Origin: Phoronis australis
Taxonomy: Eukaryota > Animalia > Phoronida
Direction: 5' to 3'
DNA: 64,000 nucleotides
Assembly (NCBI GenBank): GCA_002633005.1
Contig: NMRA01000361.1
Span: 248,001-312,000, forward strand
Position 1 is the stretch's first letter. Every line of letters begins with the position of its first letter. The notes beneath the pieces are model-generated. The model was not told the origin of the DNA. It was given only the letters and a program-made list of their open reading frames with translations, and ran no database searches. A program made the translations under genes and the position numbers. This document shows, piece by piece, positions 23,901 to 34,812 of this stretch.

Positions 23901-26900
23901 CATAACATGAATACAGTCAGAGTTGTAAGGTGATATTAATGACATAACGTGAATACACTGAACAGTGGTATCACATTGCAGTGGTGATATTCGTGACATA
24001 ACATGAATTCACTTAAAGTTGTATCACATTGCTGTGGTGATATTCGTGACATAACATGAATTCACTCAAAGTTGTATCGCATTGTAGAGGTGATATTCAT
24101 GCTGGTACAAAACACTTTTTTACGCAGACTTGTACAAACCGTTAATGGAGAATTTAAAACGGGAATGAACTTTCCACACAAAAATCTAACTAACCTAGAA
24201 TGTAAGTGGGTGACTTGAGTCTCAGTAAACGTGTTTCATTCTGCAGGATGAGTCGCACCTCTCGACACAAAGACAGAAGACACTTGGCAAGTGCATTCTT
24301 ATCCACAGGGCCCCAGTCAAAAGCATTCTGAAACAAAACAGTTTAAAAATCGTCTTGAAATTACCACGGTGGGAGAACCATTAAATATGCTAAGTTTCAA
24401 CTGGTGTAGTGGTTACGGTGCTGGACTCAAATTATCTGTAGTTTCAGGAGTCGTGGGTTCAAATCCTGCCTCGGACAAAAAATCACACCACGAGTGCGCC
24501 ACATATTTGTGCACATTCTTCTAAGAACGCGGGAACACCTGACGATGGCCGGAGAATAGATCGACCGAAACGTCGTGACAATGTAAATAGACAAGAGGTC
24601 GGTGTAAACAGACCAAGAGGTTTAACGATAGTTGTAACACGTCACCACCTCAGAGAGGTGTTAGAAAGTCATTTAGAAAATCCTGCTATGGTTCCCGTCC
24701 AACTTTTCCAACATCAAGACCTTCCAACTATTATGTAAACCAGAAGTAGCAGCTGCAGCAGTTAATCCTGAGTCTCTGACTTGAAAGACTGGAACAATGA
24801 ACATGTGTAGTGAGGGAACTTGTAAAGTCCTAACTAAACACCTGTTAACTCACCTTACACTCTTTACCGTTGTCAGCCTTTAAATGTCGTTCAAAATATT
24901 TGAGCCCCGTTAACATTTCATTAGGATGAGATTTCTGGAAAGATTTGAATACTACTTGATACAATAAATAGCATAAAATATCACCAACATTGAAATTCCC
25001 CCCAAATCCCCTGAATCTCTAAAGATCAAAACGAAGCCGTAATATGCGCCCACAGTGAAGCACAAGCAATGTGTTTCTAGGGTTCTTATCAGTTCCATGT
25101 TAGATAAAGAGACAACAATTTGACTACAAGAGGTAGCAGCAATATTCAGAATTCACACAAATTGTTGGTACCTTACCTTTTAAAACTAACATGAAATCAA
25201 AAAGTTTAAAAAGTAAACAGTTTTCATTTGCAATAAACAAATAAAACATGCCACAAAGGGACTCAGCACTAAGTATCTAAAAATTAACAGGTCTAGTACA
25301 CTGCTTCTCATAAAGAACACTCATTAGGTTTAGCAGAAACAAAGATAGAGACACAAAATGACATAACAGGTACAGCACTTGTTTGAATCTGCTCAAATCT
25401 GGCAGCTACAAAATAGAGTGGCCACTAGGGTAGCAGTCCATTGCTGTCAAATACCTTGATAAAATCTGGATATTCTTCTTCCCAAAAAACCATAATACAG
25501 GGCCTTGTCAAGAAAAATGGCCACTAGAGGCTGCTGCAGAGATTGAATTCGCCCAAAAATCGACTGCAAACCCATGTGGCAAGTTTCATGAAATCCATCA
25601 ATAGGTTCCCTAGACATCATCTGGAAATGCTCATAGTAGAGTAAAAAAATCTCGAGACCAAACTGGCCACCACTAGAGGGTGTTGCTGCAGAGATCGAAT
25701 ACGTCTGACAAGTGGCAGCAGACTGCAGTCACAAACCTCTGGATGACAATATGAACCACACTACAAGACAACCAACTTACTAACTTAGTCTATTCTGATG
25801 GTGAATTTGGCTTCCGCTGAGCTGTCAAAACAGGGAATTGTGGGTCATTTTGTCTGAATACTTTTGGCATGTACATATACATGTACATGACTTTGTACAA
25901 AAAGGTCATACAGAATCATAAAAATGATAGAACAGAGGTGATGGCTGTGACAACCCAACATCATTATGTAGACTAAAGCAGATAAATGCTTAAGAAACCT
26001 AAAAAAGTGTTAGAGGCAGAACCCACAAATTTCCACAAACAGAACTATTTGCCCTGTTGCTGTACCTACCAAGTTGAAGGAGTCCACAGAGGCAAACCGC
26101 TGAAATCTGTTGCGCTCTCCTTCCAACTCTTGAGCAACACTACCACTGATTGCTGCAGTACCTAAAGAAACAACCAAAGATTTTTATCAACTTGAACAAC
26201 TAAGGCCACTTTGGTAACCAATGCCTCATAGATAACCGTTTATTACACACTAACAATTGCTGTGACTAGCGACAGAATGCTTTATAAGTTCGCTTTGTTG
26301 CAAACTGACACCAAGCTTGAGACAGTCAAAAATGTAAAGTGGTAAAAAACATTCATGCATGTTTATTTTTAAGAAAAAACCCAATTTTTTTTAACTCAAA
26401 ACATTGCGCCCCAACCACCAAAGCGACAAAGTCTACGAGACTTGCTATGAATCACTTAGTCGCAAGAATATCACTAAACTTGCTAAACTGACATTAAATT
26501 TCAATTACTACACATATAACAACAGGAAAATTTTACTATCATTATTCGCCATCTCATCAAAAAATAAAAGTAAGCTGACCAAAAGGTGGCACTTAACGGG
26601 GAGGAGTGTAGTGAATTAGCTGAATGTATGCAAATGTATTAGTGTCGTGAGCATGACACAATTTCTTAAATTTTTCATCTCAGGAATTTTAACTATTCAA
26701 AGCTTGCAAGAATCTGGTTGGACCCATAGAGCAGACATTATGTAGGATGTTTTGTTTGACATGACTTGTGTGTACGTTCAATCGAAATTAATACTAAAAG
26801 TGATTTAACTCGGTGGGGCTTTAAAGTAATTCAGATATGTGTGAAATATGTGGAACAAAGGAATTATTTAAAACTGATACGCGAAAAATATGAAAGTTAA

Positions 26901-29900
26901 TACTTGAGAGGCAGCCAACTCTTTATTGCTAAGGAGAAATATTACAGGGATGCCATTTTTCTTCTCATGTCAATTTTCCGTTTTGTTGTTAATGACTCGT
27001 TTGAGAAACAAAGAACAGACAATTGCTAACGTAGCTGTTAAATTTACTGTCACATATCTGTCCATGCATCACTATTCACTCACCATGTACAGTGACACAT
27101 GAATAATGAAAAGATACCAGTGACACCTTCAGTCAGTCGATGAGAACTTCCAACCATCAGTATCTTCATTGCATGTTATAACATTCTAATGCCAATGCAC
27201 TGATTCCTCACCCTTTAAGTCCCAGATGGCCATCACATCGGACAGTGTTCCAGTTCGTCGGACTTTGACTGCATGTGTGGCAAGTTCATACTTCCAGCCA
27301 GTTCCAGTAGAGGGCGGTGTGAATGTGGGTGAAAGGAAAGACAGGTCGTCCATTTTGTTATCTGAAAAATAGTGTTTGATGGCTGAAAACATAAATTGAA
27401 AAAATCAGTGTTGCTTTGCTATGTGTATTGTTCAAGCAGTCTGCAACCATTCTACCGAGTTGAAGAATATTGTGTGAAAGCGAGCAAAACTCCATGAAAG
27501 CATGTTTCACTCAAAGACAGCAACTCCTAATACATTTTGGGTGTTACAAGTTACAGACTAACCCCCAATCAGACAACAAGAATCATTTTCCAGGTTCTAA
27601 ATGACATATATCGAAACCGGATATAGTTAGACAATGTAGAAAAACAATAGCTTTCGAGTCTTAACGGATGCGGCTCTTCATATTTTCCATGTTCTGTTAT
27701 TTTGACTTACCGGCTTCAAAGTGATCAGACGTACTGAGTACCTCACTCGCTCTCATTCGCTTCAGTGGAGGAGGACTGGTCTGTAAGTGCCTGTTAATAA
27801 TTCACGCGACCATCAGGTTTTAATTATTAATATTCATTTAACTAAGAATTATTGGTTGAAACGCACATGTTCCACATTCTTGCAAAAGATTATTTTGGGA
27901 ACCTGACGACAGCATCAGATACAGACAAGAGACATGCACATCGTACATTTTATTCATGGGTAATTTAATCTCTCTTTAGACATACTTAACATTTTCGCTG
28001 ACAAAACTATATGTCAAATGGCATAACATCAGATCGTGATAGGGCTAGCCAGTGTTTAAGCAAAAATTTGCACAACTTGCTGATAACTGGGAATCTAGCA
28101 CGAGTACAACAGATGTCAAGCTGAGCAACCCTGCACAGCTCACCTTAGCAAATCTCTGGCAAAGACGATAACCATTTGTGCGGACAAATAAATCAGGATC
28201 ATTTTGGAATGAGAGCTAAATGACATTTCGAAAGTACAATGTATGTAAATGTATACGAGTGTCGTCACTAAAATTCCTCCAATCATTTTGTCTTCCTTAT
28301 CCTGTTCCCTAGTTCTCATGGCTCGCACATGCTCGTCCTGCTGAACCATTTTCAGTCTCTTTAGGATTTTCTTAACAAATAATAGTGAATATCTTTTGCT
28401 TCCTAATCCCAACTGCTGGCCGTAAATGTGACATTGAATTGAAAAGCATGTTTTAAATCTATTCAATCCATTGCCACTCTTTCGTAATTAAATGCAAGAT
28501 CCATGGTGCAACTTACTTTTTTCTCAGAGCTCCAACACAAGAACTTGGCAGTCGAAAAAGTATTGATGTTCCCCTGAACTTGAGCTGACCCACATGAGTC
28601 AGGAAGTCTGTCACCGAAAGACTATCCTTCTTCTCATTACCAAATACTCTGTAAAGTGAATATTGAGAGTACAATGTGCATGGAAATAAAAGTATTGAAC
28701 AAATTGCATACGAAAACATTGAATTTCTACTGTGTGCAGGTGTTGTTCATAGCTGTTTGAATTGTGAATCTTGTGGTGACATAGACAAAGGCAAGTCAAT
28801 AAGCCCAATAGTTCATTACATTTGCCAATTCATTTTACTGGTGGGCTCAGAGTGGTGCTCTTAACATTCTATAGTAACCAAAGTTACATGTGTTACCATT
28901 CAAATAGGTTTTAAAGTTTAAGCAGTGAGGTAAAATTATTTGGATAACTACGTAATTTTATATCAAGCATAACCACTTTTGATACAAACAACAGTTACTG
29001 TGCTTTACTTTGCATTGTTGACAGCCTCTGTTTCAAGAGAAGCGTCATCCACAGGCAAGTTCTTCAGAACTCTAATGTCCTTCACCAGTTCCCTGGAAAC
29101 AAAGTGTTAAACTGACATCATGCAATCATTGCGAAGACGGGCGTCACTTCGCTTTTTAGGGGTAAAACAGAAACACATCATGCCTTCAAAGTTAAAGATT
29201 AAAGTAGACACAATTTTCAAACTGCAGCTTAAAATGACCTAAATTTTACAAGAGTTTAGATCCATTTTACGTAAACAAGCTCGGAGGCTGAAGGTTTATA
29301 GTGAACAATACCCTAGTCTGTACAACTCAGGTGACCAAATAACAAGAACCAAACGCACAACAACAAAACAAAGAATAACACTAAGCAATCCTAACGTCTT
29401 GACCAACTTAAAAAAGAGTGCAGGTGGCCTGATGCCTTTTTTTTAATGTTTATTACGAAATCTTCAGAATACAATGAATATACATAACCCAGAAAGCGCC
29501 AAGAGGCATTAGATCTGGGTAAAAAAATACAAAGAAGTCTATATACAATGATTATATACAAATATATAAATAAAAAAACTGATGTTAAGAATACAATGAT
29601 ATATGACAACGAATGAAAATAATTTATTTTCATACAGATGTCTTATTGCGGTACATCAGGCGTGTTTAGGCCACAAGGCTCTGCCCATTGCACTAATCAC
29701 CTGATTGTCACTTGACTGACTTGAGCACAGCAGAGAAAATCTTGTTTCCAAGGCAGCCACAAGTGTGGGGCCAGCACCAAAGACACGCAACCAGATGAAA
29801 AGTAGATTTTGGTTACAAGAACATAGGGCACCAGGACAACCTACAACTCTGTGTGTGTCCAATTGGTAGTCATGCATCATGAAATTTGCACCTTTTCAAT

Positions 29901-32900
29901 AAAACTGTGCCCATGTCGCAAAATGGATTCAAATTTAAATTTTGTATAAGAAATTAGAAATTTAAAGTTTATAATGACACTTGAGTGTTTCGCAAACACA
30001 AATAACGTACCTAAAGTCATCGAAATGTAGCAGTCCATCTGTGTGGTTGTTATAATACCTGAAGATATACCTACACCTGAGCTCAGCAGGTGTGCCCCCA
30101 TGTTGAGTGCAGGGCTCTAACGCAGCTAAACCAAGTAATACATCTTTCCAGCTTAGCACATGACGCTGATGGACATCGAATGATCTGAAACAAACATGAC
30201 ACGGAGACATTCACTCACTGACTAACCAAATATGATTATTACTTATTAAGGAAAAAACAAAAAGCATAAATTTTAAAGTATTTTTGGGAAAAACTTAAAA
30301 ATGACACCGTGCATTTATTCACTTATATGGATACTGCAGTTTGAGACTCCATTCAATGCCTGTTATTCAGTGGAGAAAACTGGTTCTCAAAATGCAGTGC
30401 CTCTGCAAGTGACTATTACGCAGCATGAATAGAAAAAGGCAAAATGTTAGCGCTAACAACCAGCACCTCAGTCACGGATGACAAACAAATAATACTCACC
30501 TGAAGTATTTGTTGATACAGGAGTCACTCGCACCTTTGCTGACTAGATACTTTGTAAACACCACTTTGTTCATCATGGTACTTGGATAACAGTAATCCAA
30601 GAATTCGTTGAATAGCAGTTCCTGCTCTGGAAAATAGAGTCGGACCACATATGTGTACAACACAAAGATATGGAACTCTGCTGAATACTATGCAAAGAGC
30701 AGAATCTGATGGAGACAATACTGATGAGACAAGTTGAGATGGGTGATGACACTGGGATTAATACAAAGTAATAACAGTTTCAAACAACCAAAAAGAAAAC
30801 AATTTTGAAGTCCAATCGAATAAAATTGGCACACACAAAAGTAAGCAATCAACTTTTGATGGGGTACATTACGGTAAAAATTCTCCAGTTTGAGACAGTA
30901 AAAAATTATTAAAGTATTTTGGTCAAGGTCGGAGCTCGTACCAAAACTTAAAAACAGGCAATATTGGCCGTCCCAAAATCAGGAATCAGGAGAAAGCTGC
31001 ATTTTGCATTGAAAGCCATTTTCTATAATTTTATCTCGTCAATACAAAATGCAGTGTGAAATATTTGAGAAATATGACGAACGCCAAAATTACCCATGTC
31101 CCAATCTTCACAAGGGCTGTTCCAGCAAAATCTGTATGGGAGGGGGGGGAAGGCACTTTTATTTCATACCCACCGCCCGTATTTTTCATTTATTTCTCCA
31201 ACCCATGACCCATAATTTTTTAATTATTTTTAATAGGTTAAAATATAAAATCCAACACTTGCAAACAAATTGCCTCCAGGAGGACCTATTAAGAACTTAG
31301 ATGACTGACAGACAAGAACTAGTTGTCTTGTCCAATATTGTCAAAAACTAAAGTAGCCTGTGAGCAATACTTTTGGCAGCCACCAGGTGTCTCTGTTCAC
31401 CATGTGTCTATAATTTCAATGAACATTTTTTTCATTTATAAGGATCTATGAATCTCAAACTGTCTCCACGAACTCTTCTACACTTCTATGTCAAGTGAAT
31501 ATTGGAACTTGTTTATCTTACTCCTCATACTTTTTATTTAAAAATCATCAATTTTCTTATATGTGTTAACACCAGTTCAGTGTTGCATAACTTTTCAATT
31601 CAATAGGACTGCAGACAAACAGTTGGCTCAAATCAAGTTGCCCATGACTTGATTAATGGCTTAGTGAACATATTGCACTCTGTTCACTGGCAATATGGGC
31701 TTTTTTGTATTTGGATAAGTTAGGACAATTGCATTTATTTTTGAGTTTTTACCGCTGAAGTAACCAACCTATCGACATTAACAGGTCAAAAAATACCACC
31801 CATTTTTAATGCATTACTTATTACAGGAACGACCACCCATAATTTGAGTTTTTTTCTGAAGACCACCACCCATGAATTTTTATTTCTACTGCCGTCCCCC
31901 CCCTCCCACACGGATTTTACTGGAACAGCCCCAATCAAGAATATTCAATGTTGGCGTGAATTTCAGTGCTCCAAATTTTAGAGACAGTCCCAAAGTGAAG
32001 ACTTTTATCAAATATTTCTGTATTGCATCCATGAGAACCAAAGTATGTCTTGTCCATACAAGACAAATTGTCTGAAACAAAAGCTTTCCACATAATTTCC
32101 AGTTCCAACAAACCTGGCCTGCCAAATTTTGCTGCCTTGATAAGAAGTTCTTGAGGACTGTTAGCATTCAGTTCCCGAGATGATTCAAAGATGTCGCTAG
32201 TCAACTCAATCAGGTCAGATGTTGAGGTTATTTTCTTGCCTGCAAATAATTGTTCAAACAATTAAAAACATATTACTATGACTACAAAATTCTAAACATA
32301 CCAGCCACCAACTGCACTATTAATGATTTTTGCACCAGATCTTCAGCACCGTCTTAATAGTTCTATTCCAAGCATCAGCAAGTAACAGACAAGTACCTTA
32401 AAAGACTGTGCGTGTGACTGCAATAAACTACTTGAAACCAACTACACAGCATTATTCAGCTAGTAAAGGCTGATTTCCAGCCCCACCTGTCTGCACTACT
32501 GTGGTACTACGGCGGTGGACCGAAGAAGCTCCAAATACATGACGTGGTCATTGTACACTCAAAGCGTAGCTGGTATGATAGGCGAAGAAAGTTTTTTAAC
32601 AGGTTTTAACTTTGACATAGATTGTAGCTAGAACACAGGTACTGGCAGTATGTGGAAACATTTGTTCTGGTGACTAACACTTTCTTTGGTATATACGTAT
32701 GAATGTACATATGTATGTGTAAAATTATGTTTATATATACCGGTGCCTGTTAAGGTTTGGAAACAGATACACAAAACCAGGCAGAAACTGTGTGGAGAGT
32801 CCTGGGGTGGTCTGATGTGGTGGAAATGGAAACACTACAATACAGTTACTCTCAGGTTGGGTCTGCAGGGAGTGACCTTATTGAAATGCTTGCACTGCAG

Positions 32901-34580
32901 CTGTTCTCAGGATTAGCCTGCAGTTCACCTGAGGAGTCTCAGGGAGTCCTGGGGGGCTTGAAGTGTGGTGGAAGTGTCTGTAATTCTGGTAATGCTCAGG
33001 TTGGGCCTGAAGGCCACCTGGGTAAGGTTGGGGTCAGATACTACGGTGCTGAAAACCAGCCAGACAGGACTCACCGTTTTCCAGGCGCTCAGCTATCTCA
33101 ATAGGTTCACGACCCAGTAAAGGCTCAGTGTCCTGTATAAGCAGTTTGTTCATGTCAGCCAAAGTGAAAAACTTTGCACTGTCTGTTGGCTGAAAAGAAA
33201 GCTAATATTGAGGAACAGGATTCGCAGTAAAACACAGTCTTATCATAAGTAGTTACTATTGAATAGGATGACAAACTGATTCTGCCAACCACTACAGATA
33301 AAAAAAGTTAACATCTGAGAAAACTTATAGTGACTCTGCTGTGTTATTTAGCTGAAATTTTCATGAAGATTAAACCCGATTAGACCACTGATTGGTTGCT
33401 CATTTATTTAACAATGAACATTCACTGCCCTCTATTTGAAATGTCAGCTCAGCTGTTACAATAAGAGCTTCAGAGGTCAACGTACAGTTTTCTCTACACA
33501 AAAGACAATGTTGTCATCAAAAACATTTGCAGGTAAAAGGAACGTCTTTAGCACCAGCTCAGATTGCAACTTTAACTTATCCAAGTATACCCTACCTTAA
33601 AATCTGGCACTGGTTGAGTTAAAAATATGATGTGCAAAGGTGATGTGGCAGAGGAAGTCCGGATAGTTCTCAGAACTCCATTCAAAGTAACCTTTGTCCC
33701 CAAAACCTGAGGAGCATAAAAATATTTCATGTAGTATTTTCCATTCACCATTAACAACCTGGAATATCTGAGGCTACTTCATCACTTGACAAGTTTTTCA
33801 GTGACTAAATGGCTCTGGTCAACGTCAGTTTCGACCTGCCACGTGTCAACACACCTCAGGCAAGCACCTATCAAGATCCCTCCTAAACAAAAATGTAATT
33901 ATTTCAATTTAAATAGTGTTTGTCCGTGAACAAAAATAGCACCATCACCAACAAAAGTAGCCCATTTCATTTCCCAAGTCATTCGATAAAGAGGTCAGCA
34001 TTCCCCTAGTTTGTGTCAACAAAGTGCTTCTGAAGAACTAATGAAACATGAATTACACCACTAGAAGTATTACCTATCTCACACAGAATTTTATTGAGAG
34101 TTGATTAGTTGTAGTGTTTTAGTCACGAATATATTCCAAAAACGCTCGATAAACCGGTCCTCTGGCTCTGAGTCCAAACTAATTAGTCTTTTGAAACCGC
34201 TTAGGTCAGGAGAGGTATGTAGCTTTTCACAACCAGTTCCACATACGAATGTGCCTTTTCTGAAAAATCCCAACAAAAAATCACTTTGAGAGCCTGAAAC
34301 AGTACTAAAGGCGTCAACTTCGAAGTTGAATGTCATAAAATGACTGATTGAGATTGAATGAAGAATGAAATGTCAAGACTGAGTCAAGTGACTGTTTATT
34401 ATTGGTTACCTGCTGGCCTACTCGGCGGGCTGCAGCTTTAAAAGTCTCTCCATTGTCAACAAGACCAGTGGGAAACCACCATCCCGAGTCCTTGACCAGT
34501 AAGTAGCTCTTCGAGTCTTCATCGGAAATAAACAGGCTTACCGATCCCAGTGAGCCACCTGCACACTGTTTTGAAGCCAT
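17978..34580 (-). CDS. 787-aa PPP-family Ser/Thr protein phosphatase with N-terminal degenerate Nudix domain and NCS/calcineurin-B-like EF-hand module
   Basis: 19 phase-compatible exons in 5'->3' order: 34410-34580, 33596-33706, 33075-33189, 32114-32239, 30500-30626, 30011-30184, 29009-29092, 28517-28648, 27711-27790, 27212-27361, 26070-26161, 24854-24934, 24195-24327, 23528-23658, 22875-22981, 21529-21631, 20862-21004, 18751-18928, 17978-18103 (2364 nt). PPP motifs [45 protein letters not shown]. Confidence 0.88.
19424..19968. mobile_element. PIF/Harbinger-type MITE, copy 1 (intron of phosphatase gene)
   Basis: About 35-bp TIR GGGCTGTTCCAGTAAAATC(T/C)GTATGGGAGGGGGAAG; 3-bp TSD TTA/TTA. Confidence 0.8.
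20311..20443. repeat. Minisatellite, 3 x 43 bp
   Basis: Unit AAATGGACC(C/T)CAGTCATGCTCCAGCAACAAGAGCACATCCATC starting at 20311, 20354 and 20397, with no spacers. Confidence 0.9.
23876..24102. repeat. Minisatellite, ~53-bp unit, about 4 degenerate copies
   Basis: TCACATTGCAGTGGTGATATTCGTGACATAACATGAATTCACTTAAAGTTGTA-like units at 23971, 24024 and 24077, plus more degenerate upstream copies. Confidence 0.8.
24398..24625 (+). mobile_element. tRNA-derived SINE-like element with Penelope-type hammerhead tail (antisense in phosphatase intron)
   Basis: Pol III A box TGGTGTAGTGG (~24402) and B box GGTTCAAATCC (~24456), followed by CTGACGA...CGAAACGTC core and a duplicated GTAAA(T/C)AGAC(C)AAGAGGT tail. 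Confidence 0.55.
24536..24577 (+). ncRNA. Minimal hammerhead ribozyme-like motif (Penelope-associated variant)
   Basis: CAC-CTGACGA-T-GGCCG GAGAATAGAT CGACC-GAAA-CG-TC-GTG: core CUGAnGA and GAAA, stem II with one mismatch, palindromic ACGU helix III, GUC cleavage triplet, 3-bp stem I CAC/GUG. Confidence 0.5.
31114..31931. mobile_element. PIF/Harbinger-type MITE, copy 2 (longer internal region)
   Basis: Same TIR as 19424-19968 (GGGCTGTTCCAG...CTGGAACAGCCC); 3-bp TSD CAA/CAA. Confidence 0.8.
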
Positions 34581-34812
34581 TGCATTATTCTGTACAGAGT
34601 TGACCTCGATTAGCTAATGTCAATTGCGGATTTCATTGTTTCCTCAAAAATCCAACAAATACCTTTTGCATTGCTTGTTTAGCTCAAATTTAATTTTCAT
34701 TATACACATTTTATTTTGTAGTGCTGTAACAAACCAGCAACTATTGTAATTCGAAACTAGTGTAAGAAAGTATAAGTAAGTTCACGTAATGAGTTTCCGT
34801 TCCCAAACGAGC
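34581..34812. promoter_or_regulatory. Probable bidirectional promoter shared by the phosphatase gene and ZNHIT3
   Basis: Only 232 bp between divergent start codons (34580 on minus, 34813 on plus). Confidence 0.6.

Noticed and set aside
24398-24475. Functional tRNA gene (also 17237-17310 on minus)
   Set aside because: A/B boxes are present but the acceptor and anticodon stems do not pair properly, so these are treated as SINE-like or pseudo-tRNA.
32757-33104. 115-aa plus-strand ORF
   Set aside because: Antisense to a phosphatase intron and exon, built from degenerate short repeats, with no recognisable motif or splice context.
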